Virus record (IMG/VR): IMGVR_UViG_3300012953_000016
Location: 59,516-123,515 of that record
Reading direction: 5' to 3' (one strand)
Source of the DNA: a virus
Length of the DNA: 64,000 bases
In this document: positions 9,703 to 19,826 of the stretch, one piece after another
How positions within the stretch are numbered: the first letter of the stretch is position 1
Layout of the letters: every line of letters starts with the position of its first letter
Made by a program: the position numbers and the translations under genes
Notes under the pieces: model-generated
Databases searched by the model: none
What the model saw: the letters and a program-made list of their open reading frames with translations, nothing else
What the model was told of the DNA's origin: nothing

Positions 9703-11547
9703 TTACTTGTTAGTCCGTAAATCATCTATTTCAATATCAACGACTTGGCTCTTCTGCCGGTCGGTGTTTATAATCTGTAATTTGTATGATCCACCTTCTT
9801 CTCTTGTTGTCCATAAATCTAGATCTTCATCGTCTTCGCCTTTGATAGATAAGTATTCCGGATCAAAGAATATCTTACAAGAAGTATGGCCACTATCTTT
9901 AATACAATCGCTCGTGAGGTTTATTTCACCGTTTGCAGGATCGACACCTTCGCTTAAATAAAAGTTGGGATACGGCTTTGGTGCACCAGAAGGAGAAATC
10001 ATTTTTTTCATTAACTTATTTTTGGATTCATCAAACCAAACCAGAAACTGTGCAGAATAATTTGAACTAAAATCATGTGCATCAACACTACATAATGAAT
10101 ATATAGCATATGTCTCTTTAGTAAACTCTTCATCCCAATAAGTTGTCAAGGGATCTTGCATTTCAATGACACGGGACTTCCGAGGCATCTCGCTGCGGGG
10201 ATCAGGTATCTCACTATCGTCAAAGTCATACTCTACTTGTAGCTCAAATGGATCATATACAGATTTTCTCTTAAAAACCTGAAATCTTTTTATATCTCTT
10301 TGAGGAACAACCGGAAAACTCCACATGACCATTAGTTTCTTGTCTTCATAATCCCATACAAAATCTAAATCGGCAGGTGGTGGGGGTGGCCTATATTCTC
10401 TACAACGTACTCTACTTTTTTTCGAAGATCTTGAAGAAATTAATCCAGAAATTGCATAAACTTGTGCTGTTTCCTCATCAACTGCTTGAAATTGACACAT
10501 TGCAATTGCACGAATTGAGTATGAATAATATGAACCATATGTTATCTTAGTATCAACGGCAACACCGCTAGCGGAACCGGCAACGATTATTGGCTCACAC
10601 TTCTTATACCGCCTATTTGGCTGCAGCTCCCACTTGTCGATTACGTAACCGATTATCTTTACTGCACTCTTAAACTCTCCAGGATTTACCCTGTCGATGG
10701 ATATAGGAATGATATTAGGTGCATACTCATAATCTGAAATCATCCCAGGATTCCCATCTTTTCTAGCCTGTGCCTGGATATTAGCTGCATCTTTTATCTT
10801 ATAAGATAGCTCATTCATAAAAGGTGATGTCGGATCCGCTACAGATTTTACCAGAATATCATGCAAAAACTTATCATTAATCTGGCTGTATTGTTTTATT
10901 GCCCTGAAGGTTTTTAGCCAACGAGGCCTGTAGTATCTTCTCCTACCAGAGCGGGTCCTATAATAATATACTGATCTGTACCTTAACCTACCCATCGCTT
11001 TGACGATCCATTTTCCTGCAACATAATCTCCGGTCATCTCATTTAACAGCTTTGCTGTATTAGCCCTAGTGTACTGCCAGCCTTTTTTCTTATGCCAATA
11101 TGTCTTATCATACCCTAAGGACCGACCGCGGATTCTCATTGATAGACGTAACAACTTATGTGCCTTATAACCAATTGATCTATCTTGCAAGTTTAATGTA
11201 GAATATCCTTTACTAGCAACATCAATCTCTTTCTGGATCTTGTCTAAATTATCCTTTATTATTTTTTCTACATTCCCGGGGCGAGACAACTCTGCGACAA
11301 ACTCATTATCAACACTCGAGTTTGTTCGGACATCTGCCGGATCAAATGAAAATTCTATCCAACGAGGTATTCTTTTTCTTAACGAATACTTTAAATCATT
11401 AGTTGAAACGCCATGGAGCCTGGCGTCACCACTATCATCTATTTTTTCGTCAGGAACAAAAAAGTTATATTTGAAGCGGGCTCTAAACCTCCATACCTCA
11501 GGAACGTCTAGGACTGTCAGTACTTTTGATGGGTATGAAATTGCCAT
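9703..11547 (-). CDS. Putative structural protein with FN3/Ig-like beta domains and an Arg/Tyr-rich segment
   Basis: FN3-like signatures GYVIDK, VDTKITYGSYYSYSIRA and PPPPADLDF..MWSFP..FQVFKR. Operon context is structural. Confidence 0.55.
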   Translation of the reverse strand: MAISYPSKVLTVLDVPEVWRFRARFKYNFFVPDEKIDDSGDARLHGVSTNDLKYSLRKRIPRWIEFSFDPADVRTNSSVDNEFVAELSRPGNVEKIIKDNLDKIQKEIDVASKGYSTLNLQDRSIGYKAHKLLRLSMRIRGRSLGYDKTYWHKKKGWQYTRANTAKLLNEMTGDYVAGKWIVKAMGRLRYRSVYYYRTRSGRRRYYRPRWLKTFRAIKQYSQINDKFLHDILVKSVADPTSPFMNELSYKIKDAANIQAQARKDGNPGMISDYEYAPNIIPISIDRVNPGEFKSAVKIIGYVIDKWELQPNRRYKKCEPIIVAGSASGVAVDTKITYGSYYSYSIRAIAMCQFQAVDEETAQVYAISGLISSRSSKKSRVRCREYRPPPPPADLDFVWDYEDKKLMVMWSFPVVPQRDIKRFQVFKRKSVYDPFELQVEYDFDDSEIPDPRSEMPRKSRVIEMQDPLTTYWDEEFTKETYAIYSLCSVDAHDFSSNYSAQFLVWFDESKNKLMKKMISPSGAPKPYPNFYLSEGVDPANGEINLTSDCIKDSGHTSCKIFFDPEYLSIKGEDDEDLDLWTTREEGGSYKLQIINTDRQKSQVVDIEIDDLRTNK

Positions 11548-14500
11548 TATGAATTATCATCCTCTGTCGTTAGTGTAGAAATAGTAATAAAGAAATCGTT
11601 AAATGAGCTATAGTTCTCAGACCTGCGACGTGGCTTAAGCTTTCGAATAGTATGGCCTGAGGCATCTTTTGTTTCTTCAGTCATGTCTATAAACTCTTTT
11701 CTTTCGGCTGCCGTTCTTCCCGCTAGCACTTCTGTTGTTGCAATCATATCAATCTCGAAATCATCAGGATCAACTGGAATCATTAGTACTCTATCAAATG
11801 TACGCGGGGCAAGAATTTGGTTAATCATCGCACAAGGCCCCAGAATTCTAGAAGCACATATCATTCTAAAATGCTGCATATGATATGATGACAAGCGAGG
11901 CTTTTTGCGAAAAAATCTTCTCCTTAGAAACCTAAACTTCTGATTTTGATACTTTTGCAGCTTCCAATTGTGTTTTCTTCTTTTCCGGTTTTCCTTGTTT
12001 ATCCACTTATTTCGCTTCTTAACAACCTTGTTCCAAGCAGACCGGTATTTAGCTACCGTCTTTGTACGATATGGCGGTGGCGGTGGAGGAGCACTTTTGG
12101 AGCCCGGCGGGGGTGGCGGGTTGGCTCTATTACCTGATTTATGATATGTACCATGGCCGGCTAAATATCTTTGCCTTAGCACCAAAGATTGTTTATGTTG
12201 TATAGCTCTTGCATAGCGAGCTTTTCGGGCATTCCATAATCTGGTGTTTGCCTGGCCATGGGTTAAATATTTGTGTCTTCTATAATAACCCTTCTTTGTT
12301 CCTTTCTCTGCTATTCTTAGGTCTCTTGCTAGCCTAGATAACTGGGCCATGGTGGGACGTGTCCATATTTCTGAGTCTTTGAACGTTGCAACACGGGTTC
12401 GGGGATTATTCTGAATCTTTGTATTTAGCAACAAATTACCTGCTGGGATCGTTCCGGAGTATATCCACCACTTTGTTTTTTCATGAGCTTGTGCTAGCTG
12501 TAACATTTTTGCAGCATCTGCATCAACTAAAAGCTGGCCCCATTCCTCATGTTTTAAGAATGTATTTTCATCTAAAGTTAATCCATTGAGTAACCGATAA
12601 TACAGATGAAGAAGCCTGTTGGTGATATGATTTTGAATCATATCAATACGTTTTTTATCTGGAATACCCCTGTATCTCCAATGCTTATACAGTTGCATAG
12701 CGGTCTTTTCGTAAAGACCATGCTCATTTGCCATCGTAAATTCAGTTGACTTAACCATGGCATCAAAATTCCATGTCCTGACCTTTCGCCGGCGACCGAC
12801 GCGGGTAGCAGGTGCAATCTTCTTGAATGCTTCAGGCATTAAAAATACTGATCTATCATAAACAAATTTCTTTGGCCTGAAAACTATGTCTTCATATTCT
12901 AGATCGCGCTTGTGTACATGAACTTCAAAAACATCCTTAGCTTTGCTTAGCTCAGTATTATTCTTTTTACCCATTGTGTAGGGTGGGTTCTGGACTATAT
13001 CAATTGTGTCCATAGGTATTCCAACCGTCATGACACGAATGTTTCCCCCAACCACACCTCGCATCTCTGGTGCATTAAGGAATGACTTAAGCGCAGCCAT
13101 CTCTTCGGCCTCAATTATCATGTCTGCCGGAAGATAAGACGCATCGTTATCTTTTCTAGAGAGCTTCTTAGATGCAACCCGCTGGAGTGCTAACTGGTGA
13201 GGTGTTAATGACTTAAGTACATCTTGTCCAAACTGAGTTTTTGTTTTCCATGCCATGTACCTTCTAATCCTAGATGATTCTATGAACCTTCCGGATTGTT
13301 TATATTTCTTAGTTGCATTTAGCCCGAAATCTTCTTCTGCCGTATTAAAGAATGTCTTTACATTCGTAGCTGATGTACCTAACGAATTGCCTATTGATTG
13401 GAGGTGGCTTATTAATAGGTTCTTAAATTCTAGTTCATCTTCAAACGAATTTATGAATGACTGCATATCTGCAAAGACTGCTTCAGATGATGACGTATTA
13501 GATGCTGACTGTAGCGCATCTAACACTGAAAGTTTTCCTTCCATCATGTCACGTGACAAAACAACCTCCTCCGGTTGTTCGGCTGCATCTTCCCTTTCTT
13601 TTATCTGTTTAGCCCTTGATTGGGGATCTTGATTCATGGAAATAGAAAGTACGTCATTAAATGCCTTATATGACCTCTCGTTCGACTCTGCATTATACTT
13701 TACATAAATCATATTATTGTGGCGAACTAGTTCCGAATCTACGAACCTGGTATATAAAAGAGTGAATATCTCAAAAATTGCAGTTATTAGAGCATTTTCA
13801 TCCCAATTATTATATTTTGTCAAGCGGTTGCTGTCCATGTATACACCACCGGCATCATCACGATCAGCTAGCTCTACGGCATCCTCCTGGATTTCTCTAG
13901 CAATCTTTATGATATGCGAAAATGGAGTATAGTATGATGAATATCCTTCAGCAGATTTCCTAAGCGCTGAGATCATTCCTGATGTTCTTAATTTTATTAT
14001 TGATCTTGTATTTGTCTCAGCAGGTGGCCGTCTCTGATCATCCATTATTTTTCTAGCAGTTATTGCAGTCCACAGAGACGTCTTTTGCCACTTGCTAGCC
14101 ATGCGATAGTATTCTTTTTTTCTCTCGGCCTCTTCCTCTTTGGCTGCTTTCTTTGCTTGTTTAAACAGCTTTCCAAATGATGATGTATTTTGTACCAGAT
14201 TTATAGCAGTATTGGCCGATATATTATACGTCTTCTGGATCCATTCAGCAGTAGCTGGACCATGGGCACGGAAACCTCCAATATTGCGTAACTGCATCGA
14301 TGGGTTGGGCGGCCGAGGTAATGGATCGTCAGCATCAGGCTCTAAAAAAGTCTCAGCGCCTGTGTCAATGACCAGCTGATCACGTGCATCGCGGACTTCA
14401 AGGGTAAACCTCAATAGCTTATGTCTCAGCCTAGGGTTCTCCCTAGACAGGTTCATTAGTGCAGCGACTATTAATTGCTGTTCATTTTTATGAGTAGGTG

Positions 14501-16187
14501 AGCAGGTTCCACGTGTGCAGTGAATGAATGCTTTAACAATTTTAAGGAAGATCGTACGAGCATGTAGGCGTTGGTCTGGATCCTGCATATTAAGTAATAG
14601 CTTTAAATATTCTGAAACATCATCCGTCGTAGCTTTTAATTCCGAACCAAATTCGAAAAATGGCTCAAAATCTAGGCCATCGTATAGGTTACCAAACCTC
14701 ATTATGCCATCGACTAGGGCGGTTGAGCCTGACGTTGCAGTCATACCGTCTTTCGTTGAAAAATCGCGGGTTTCAAATGGTAAAATTAAACGATTCCTAG
14801 AATCATTTAATAAAACAAATGATGCTAAACTCCCACGCGGCCAGCCATCAGTTAAAATGTCTTTTCTAACCCTACCTAAAGCCCACCAATATGGATTATG
14901 CAAATCAACATTGAACCTCTTTCCGATACTAGTCCCAGTAAGGTAACCTATACCGGCGGATGTACACATTTCATTTGCAACCGTTGTCGTTAATACCCTT
15001 AATTTATCAGCATCATCAACAGGTAAAGATGCAATAAAACGTGAGTAATTGTTATATTGCGTTGCATCAAATTTATAAGACTTGCCGCGGCCGCCGCGGG
15101 ACTTATATTCTCTGTTCCCTAATTTTTGAATTCTGAACTTATAGTATTTTGACTTCGGTATAATCCTGGTATTAATTGAAGTTGAGCTTTCATCTTCGGC
15201 TCGTTCAGTCTCCTTATCCGTTACTAGTCCAGGAGAATGATACCTACAAGCATAATACAGATCATAGATTATTTGCCCATAAACTTTACTATTACTAAAC
15301 TTTTTATAACCCTCTTCAGAGAATCCTAGTTCATTAATAAACAAATCCTGTAGAGAAACGTTTTTTCCGGATGAAGTACCCAGCTCTGATTTCTTCGCAT
15401 ATAGTCTTGCGGTCGAGCCTCTCAATGATAGTGCATTATCTTTTATGTCTAAAGACTTCTTAGCACCTGAAAGTACTTGAAGAATTTTTTCTCTCCACTC
15501 AAGCCACATCTCTTCTTTCTCAGAGTAGTAGCCATATTTTTGCTCAAGGCGTGTATATACACCCCCAATGTCGGCAGATTTAAGGGCTTTTATTACCTCT
15601 TCAACATTCTCAATTTGAAGCTGGCGCATTGCCCACCTGAACTCTAACATTGATTCAATGTACCCTTTTCTACCAGACGTAGATCTTGCAGGCATCCAGT
15701 CAAATGATGCTATAAGCTCAGGGCGTAAACTTGAAATAGAGTGCTCTAATAAATAACTGTCCATTCCGGCCATGGAACCGATAGGAATGTTGCTCTTTGA
15801 AGACTTTGAATCGACATCTTCAGTAATTTTTTTCCTTGGCGGGTTATATAAGCGTACTGAGCTAAGATCACGAATTGAAAGAGACGCAGAGATGCCTGAC
15901 TGTAGAGTTCGTGAAACAGAGCTTGACGGAATTCTCCTGTATACTGAATAATCGTTGGTTGATTGCTTTCTTCTGGTCTTCATCCTGCGGCTAACGTTGG
16001 CAAATGATACCTTGTTGTTATCAGCTAATGTGTCACCAGAAGATGATGAATCGCTAGCATCAGTAAACGATACTGATACCTTTTCAGTCCCAGTGGGCTG
16101 GGGTGCTGACAGTAAGTCATTCCCATTGTCTACAGGATCTGACTGAATATTCAATGTTGTATATCTTCGTTTATTCTTTATTGCCAT
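11547..16187 (-). CDS. Large hypothetical protein (1546 aa), probably helical, with a very basic Pro-rich C-terminal region
   Basis: Long ORF translationally coupled to its neighbours. No recognisable catalytic motif. Confidence 0.6.
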   Translation of the reverse strand: MAIKNKRRYTTLNIQSDPVDNGNDLLSAPQPTGTEKVSVSFTDASDSSSSGDTLADNNKVSFANVSRRMKTRRKQSTNDYSVYRRIPSSSVSRTLQSGISASLSIRDLSSVRLYNPPRKKITEDVDSKSSKSNIPIGSMAGMDSYLLEHSISSLRPELIASFDWMPARSTSGRKGYIESMLEFRWAMRQLQIENVEEVIKALKSADIGGVYTRLEQKYGYYSEKEEMWLEWREKILQVLSGAKKSLDIKDNALSLRGSTARLYAKKSELGTSSGKNVSLQDLFINELGFSEEGYKKFSNSKVYGQIIYDLYYACRYHSPGLVTDKETERAEDESSTSINTRIIPKSKYYKFRIQKLGNREYKSRGGRGKSYKFDATQYNNYSRFIASLPVDDADKLRVLTTTVANEMCTSAGIGYLTGTSIGKRFNVDLHNPYWWALGRVRKDILTDGWPRGSLASFVLLNDSRNRLILPFETRDFSTKDGMTATSGSTALVDGIMRFGNLYDGLDFEPFFEFGSELKATTDDVSEYLKLLLNMQDPDQRLHARTIFLKIVKAFIHCTRGTCSPTHKNEQQLIVAALMNLSRENPRLRHKLLRFTLEVRDARDQLVIDTGAETFLEPDADDPLPRPPNPSMQLRNIGGFRAHGPATAEWIQKTYNISANTAINLVQNTSSFGKLFKQAKKAAKEEEAERKKEYYRMASKWQKTSLWTAITARKIMDDQRRPPAETNTRSIIKLRTSGMISALRKSAEGYSSYYTPFSHIIKIAREIQEDAVELADRDDAGGVYMDSNRLTKYNNWDENALITAIFEIFTLLYTRFVDSELVRHNNMIYVKYNAESNERSYKAFNDVLSISMNQDPQSRAKQIKEREDAAEQPEEVVLSRDMMEGKLSVLDALQSASNTSSSEAVFADMQSFINSFEDELEFKNLLISHLQSIGNSLGTSATNVKTFFNTAEEDFGLNATKKYKQSGRFIESSRIRRYMAWKTKTQFGQDVLKSLTPHQLALQRVASKKLSRKDNDASYLPADMIIEAEEMAALKSFLNAPEMRGVVGGNIRVMTVGIPMDTIDIVQNPPYTMGKKNNTELSKAKDVFEVHVHKRDLEYEDIVFRPKKFVYDRSVFLMPEAFKKIAPATRVGRRRKVRTWNFDAMVKSTEFTMANEHGLYEKTAMQLYKHWRYRGIPDKKRIDMIQNHITNRLLHLYYRLLNGLTLDENTFLKHEEWGQLLVDADAAKMLQLAQAHEKTKWWIYSGTIPAGNLLLNTKIQNNPRTRVATFKDSEIWTRPTMAQLSRLARDLRIAEKGTKKGYYRRHKYLTHGQANTRLWNARKARYARAIQHKQSLVLRQRYLAGHGTYHKSGNRANPPPPPGSKSAPPPPPPYRTKTVAKYRSAWNKVVKKRNKWINKENRKRRKHNWKLQKYQNQKFRFLRRRFFRKKPRLSSYHMQHFRMICASRILGPCAMINQILAPRTFDRVLMIPVDPDDFEIDMIATTEVLAGRTAAERKEFIDMTEETKDASGHTIRKLKPRRRSENYSSFNDFFITISTLTTEDDNS

Positions 16188-16188
16188 T

Positions 16189-18804
16189 TTATGTTCCTAC
16201 CACAAACGATGGTTCTGATGTTTCTAACGTTATGTCTTCCGCAGTCACCTCAGTGCCGTATGTATAATCAGCTAGGACAGGTATAATACTGTATTCTATC
16301 GTTCCAGGTTCACCTGATAGTTCTTTATCCCAAAAATAATACCTTCCGGAATATGATAAGTTATGTGTTGTTCCTACTGTCGACTTTACACCCTGGAACC
16401 TTGCCATCACAATAAAATGGTCAATGTCATCCTGGTCGCCAGTAATCGACCACATTAATAAAGTCTTATTTGTTCCAAGCCTACGTGCGTTGACCTTGTC
16501 AATCTCTGGCTTAAAATCTGGGATCGACGCATCGATTGCTGATTCTATACCTGTCCTACCTTCTATAAATTTATCTTGAGATTTCATTCTAGAGCGAGGG
16601 TTCACACCAAATGACTGGCCAGTTGACGGTAGCGTACCATTTCGTAAAGTTGAAGGGTTCATGAACTTTGATATTTTCTTTTGATATCTTTTTGCTGTCG
16701 TAACATCAATATCATCGCTTAGGGCCGTGTCAAATAACGTTTCTGCACTTCGCATTAATACCCTAACAATATATCTATAAGTCCTTCCTGCCTGCAAGGA
16801 AGAAACTCCTGTATACCTTCTTGAGGTTACATCATCTGCAAATTCCCCAGTACTAAGCACCCCGAATGTTTCTGTTTCTCCGGAAACACTGTCTTGACGC
16901 TGTACTAAGAAAGCAACAAGGTTATTAAGTTTCTCGCGATCAGACTGCACTTCGCTTATAAAACTTTTTTCTGCGCCGGCTGACTCTAAGGCCCCTATGA
17001 TCGTTTCCATTCCTGTATCTGTAAATGAGGGCTCTATATTAAATGATACTGAAGCGTTACCAGTATCATCAGCCTGAATTGTTAGACCGGTTAGATTAAC
17101 AACTATCCTTTCCTCTTCTGAAACTTCTTTATAGAACTCATGAATTTCAGTAATTTTTGACTGAACTTCGTTTCCATTTGGATATACCATAACGCATCTA
17201 TATTCATATATGTGACCATGGCGGACTGAGGTGTCCTCGAATTCCAGGTCGACTGTATCAGAGTTTATAACCTGCGTTTGGTCCTCAGGTTCAGAGCCAA
17301 CTATCCTTGATGAATCATCAAATCTTCTGGTTGTCGGCTTCGAGCTTAAGTCATCCGCCCTTATGTATAGTGCTATAGGGCCTTCGGGAATATTTGAAAC
17401 TCTAACTATTACTTTATCACCTTGCGTTTGTGCAAATATTGAAACATGTGTTAATTCTTCAACTGATTTTTTCCCTAGGGACCTGTGTCTTCTTGGTTTT
17501 GCAACCGCATTCCGGAAAGCACTTGAGACCCTTTTCCTGGGCCCAACTGGAATAGCCCTGTAGATACAGGGTGAAGAGTTATTAATCCAGTCAACAACCC
17601 TCTTTGATCTGTCCTTCTTCGTTAGCCTTATCTTTCTTATAAGTTCATACTTTCTTGCATAGTTTGGTGAGTCTGGATTTAGATACTTTCTATATAACCA
17701 TACCTCTGTGGCGACCCTATCAACTTGCCTAAGGTATACTACATTTTTTCCTACGCTTGATGAACGTGCTATCATTCTAGGTGCATAATCCGGAGTTAAG
17801 AATTCTTCTATCTCTGCATCATGATTAACAATCCTATGTTTAACATCAAGTACATCACCCTCAGAATTATATAGCTCTATTAAAAAATGGAGATTCTTTA
17901 AGCCCTTAATAGACTTACTTGGTAGCCTAATCTCCTCTGTTATTTCTGCCCAACGCTTTGATACTAACCTTGTTGTAACTTGTGTCTTACTAGGTAGTAA
18001 TGATATTGAAGGTGCACGTTTATAGGACTTTTTCCTTAGGCTCCTGCGTAGGTAACTTCCCCACATGTTAGACTTAATTGACTTGTTACCATGAGATTGA
18101 ATCATGAACCGGCGATTACCCCTGACCCACCCCTTAAGTGTGCGTTTTCGGCGGTTATTTCTCATATGGCGGCGGTGGGTGTATTTTCTGTTTGTCCCTT
18201 GAAGCGATGACATTAACGAATTAATCGGAAATGAAGCTTCCCCAACAGCCGATGGACATGTTGCATTCGAAAGAATAGACTTTAAAGCTGCTCTGCGCAT
18301 TGTTCTGTCGCCACGAGTAGGTGGTTCAACCTTTGATACGCTTAGGTTTGCTTGAGAATCCAGGCTTCCTTTCTCAAGGTTAGCGGACGGTACCGCTAAT
18401 ATTTGTCTTTGTAGGCCTAAATACTTTTCTGCATTATCTGGATCTTTCTTGATCTTTTTTGCAATCTCATTATTAATATTGCTGCTAATGTCTGAGAATT
18501 TTACAGCTATTGGCTTTGATCTTGCTGTACGAATTCTATTTTTAAGTGTGGTGTCATACTCTTTTAAGCTTTTGACAGCCTCTGCTGCAGTAGTTACATT
18601 TTCAAATATATTTGAGCTAATGATAGGGTTGCTATCATAAACTGAAATTTTTACTAGTATTGCAGAATTTTTTATTGCCCTGGGAATGTTTGCCCAATAG
18701 CTAACGTCATATACGTACCTACCATATCGGTCAATACCATCGATGTCTGTAAAATCAGACCTAAGGTAGACTATATTTCGAACCTTTTCACTATTGAACT
18801 TCAT
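16189..18804 (-). CDS. Putative structural protein with FN3-like repeats and an Arg-rich segment
   Basis: FEDTSVRHGHIYEYRC, LQAGRTYRYIV, LMWSITG and IEYSIIPV are FN3-like strand patterns. Confidence 0.55.
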   Translation of the reverse strand: MKFNSEKVRNIVYLRSDFTDIDGIDRYGRYVYDVSYWANIPRAIKNSAILVKISVYDSNPIISSNIFENVTTAAEAVKSLKEYDTTLKNRIRTARSKPIAVKFSDISSNINNEIAKKIKKDPDNAEKYLGLQRQILAVPSANLEKGSLDSQANLSVSKVEPPTRGDRTMRRAALKSILSNATCPSAVGEASFPINSLMSSLQGTNRKYTHRRHMRNNRRKRTLKGWVRGNRRFMIQSHGNKSIKSNMWGSYLRRSLRKKSYKRAPSISLLPSKTQVTTRLVSKRWAEITEEIRLPSKSIKGLKNLHFLIELYNSEGDVLDVKHRIVNHDAEIEEFLTPDYAPRMIARSSSVGKNVVYLRQVDRVATEVWLYRKYLNPDSPNYARKYELIRKIRLTKKDRSKRVVDWINNSSPCIYRAIPVGPRKRVSSAFRNAVAKPRRHRSLGKKSVEELTHVSIFAQTQGDKVIVRVSNIPEGPIALYIRADDLSSKPTTRRFDDSSRIVGSEPEDQTQVINSDTVDLEFEDTSVRHGHIYEYRCVMVYPNGNEVQSKITEIHEFYKEVSEEERIVVNLTGLTIQADDTGNASVSFNIEPSFTDTGMETIIGALESAGAEKSFISEVQSDREKLNNLVAFLVQRQDSVSGETETFGVLSTGEFADDVTSRRYTGVSSLQAGRTYRYIVRVLMRSAETLFDTALSDDIDVTTAKRYQKKISKFMNPSTLRNGTLPSTGQSFGVNPRSRMKSQDKFIEGRTGIESAIDASIPDFKPEIDKVNARRLGTNKTLLMWSITGDQDDIDHFIVMARFQGVKSTVGTTHNLSYSGRYYFWDKELSGEPGTIEYSIIPVLADYTYGTEVTAEDITLETSEPSFVVGT

Positions 18805-18810
18805 AAAACA

Positions 18811-19740
18811 TTACTCAAAAACTATCGTAAACATATTAACGTACGTTTGCATCCCATTGCCATCTTCAAATATCTTACCTGCAAAATATACATGTCTCCC
18901 AGCTGAGTTTGGATCTGTCTCAGACGGGAATTCCCCAAAATCTATTAATGCTAGCTTCTCAACATTATCCGGCTTGGTCTCTAAGAACTGCATTACTAGA
19001 TTATTTTCTCTTGACGTATCTAGGTACTTTAGATCAACATATTCTTTGCCCGCTAATTGTTGCAATAACTCATCATATGTCATGATAGAATCTTGGTTCA
19101 AGCGGGCATAGTATCCAAGGGGTTCACCTTCTGCATACCCTGGCTTCGGCTTATTAACTGGAGGCATGTACCTATAAAATGGTAAATGCTGTAATCGCTG
19201 ATCTTGGTGTAATGACTCAACCTTCTCTATCTCAATATCAGATATCTCATTGTCTTTAAAGGGTGCTTCATCTGTTATTGCAAACGTTACCCCGGCCGGG
19301 AAAACCTCGAAGCCGCTAGTGTCACTAAAAATGTCTTTAGTACCTATCACCTGTAGATCTTTAAAGTTATTAGCTGATGATTCGAGTAGTTCATATATTG
19401 CTTCAGGTACATTTGAACCAGTTATTTGCTGGTGTGCACGACCTGAAGCTCTGTATAGTTTACCTCTTCGAATTTTTATATCTGCCCCTTCAAATGGAAG
19501 AAACCTTCCCTCATCATCAGTTTCAAAAATTATCTGATCTTGAGGGCGATGGAAAGACTCTAGAAATATTCTATTGTCTGCATCATCTGCAGCATCATCA
19601 TCATCTTGGCGATAGAATGTGTGCCTATCTGTGAATGTGACAAATTTAATCTTTAGATCGCCGGCGACAATTTGGCGTCGCCCTTCGCGGGTGATTTGAG
19701 TGTCCATCATTCTGGTTTTGCTGTTTAGTATACCGGCCAT
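18811..19740 (-). CDS. Conserved hypothetical structural protein, N-terminus paralogous to 8962-9675
   Basis: MAGILNSKTRMMDTQITREGRRQIVAGDLKIKFVTFTD aligns by eye with MGFLDHSTNNIIVDAVLTDTGRAFLARNDGSFSIVKFALGD. Confidence 0.6.
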   Translation of the reverse strand: MAGILNSKTRMMDTQITREGRRQIVAGDLKIKFVTFTDRHTFYRQDDDDAADDADNRIFLESFHRPQDQIIFETDDEGRFLPFEGADIKIRRGKLYRASGRAHQQITGSNVPEAIYELLESSANNFKDLQVIGTKDIFSDTSGFEVFPAGVTFAITDEAPFKDNEISDIEIEKVESLHQDQRLQHLPFYRYMPPVNKPKPGYAEGEPLGYYARLNQDSIMTYDELLQQLAGKEYVDLKYLDTSRENNLVMQFLETKPDNVEKLALIDFGEFPSETDPNSAGRHVYFAGKIFEDGNGMQTYVNMFTIVFE

Positions 19741-19826
19741 GCTTTATAACTATCCTCTTCCCAAAGTTTCTGAGCATGAAAGACATGCACTATAAGCGAT
19801 TATGTTATAGTAAATCTAACACAAAA

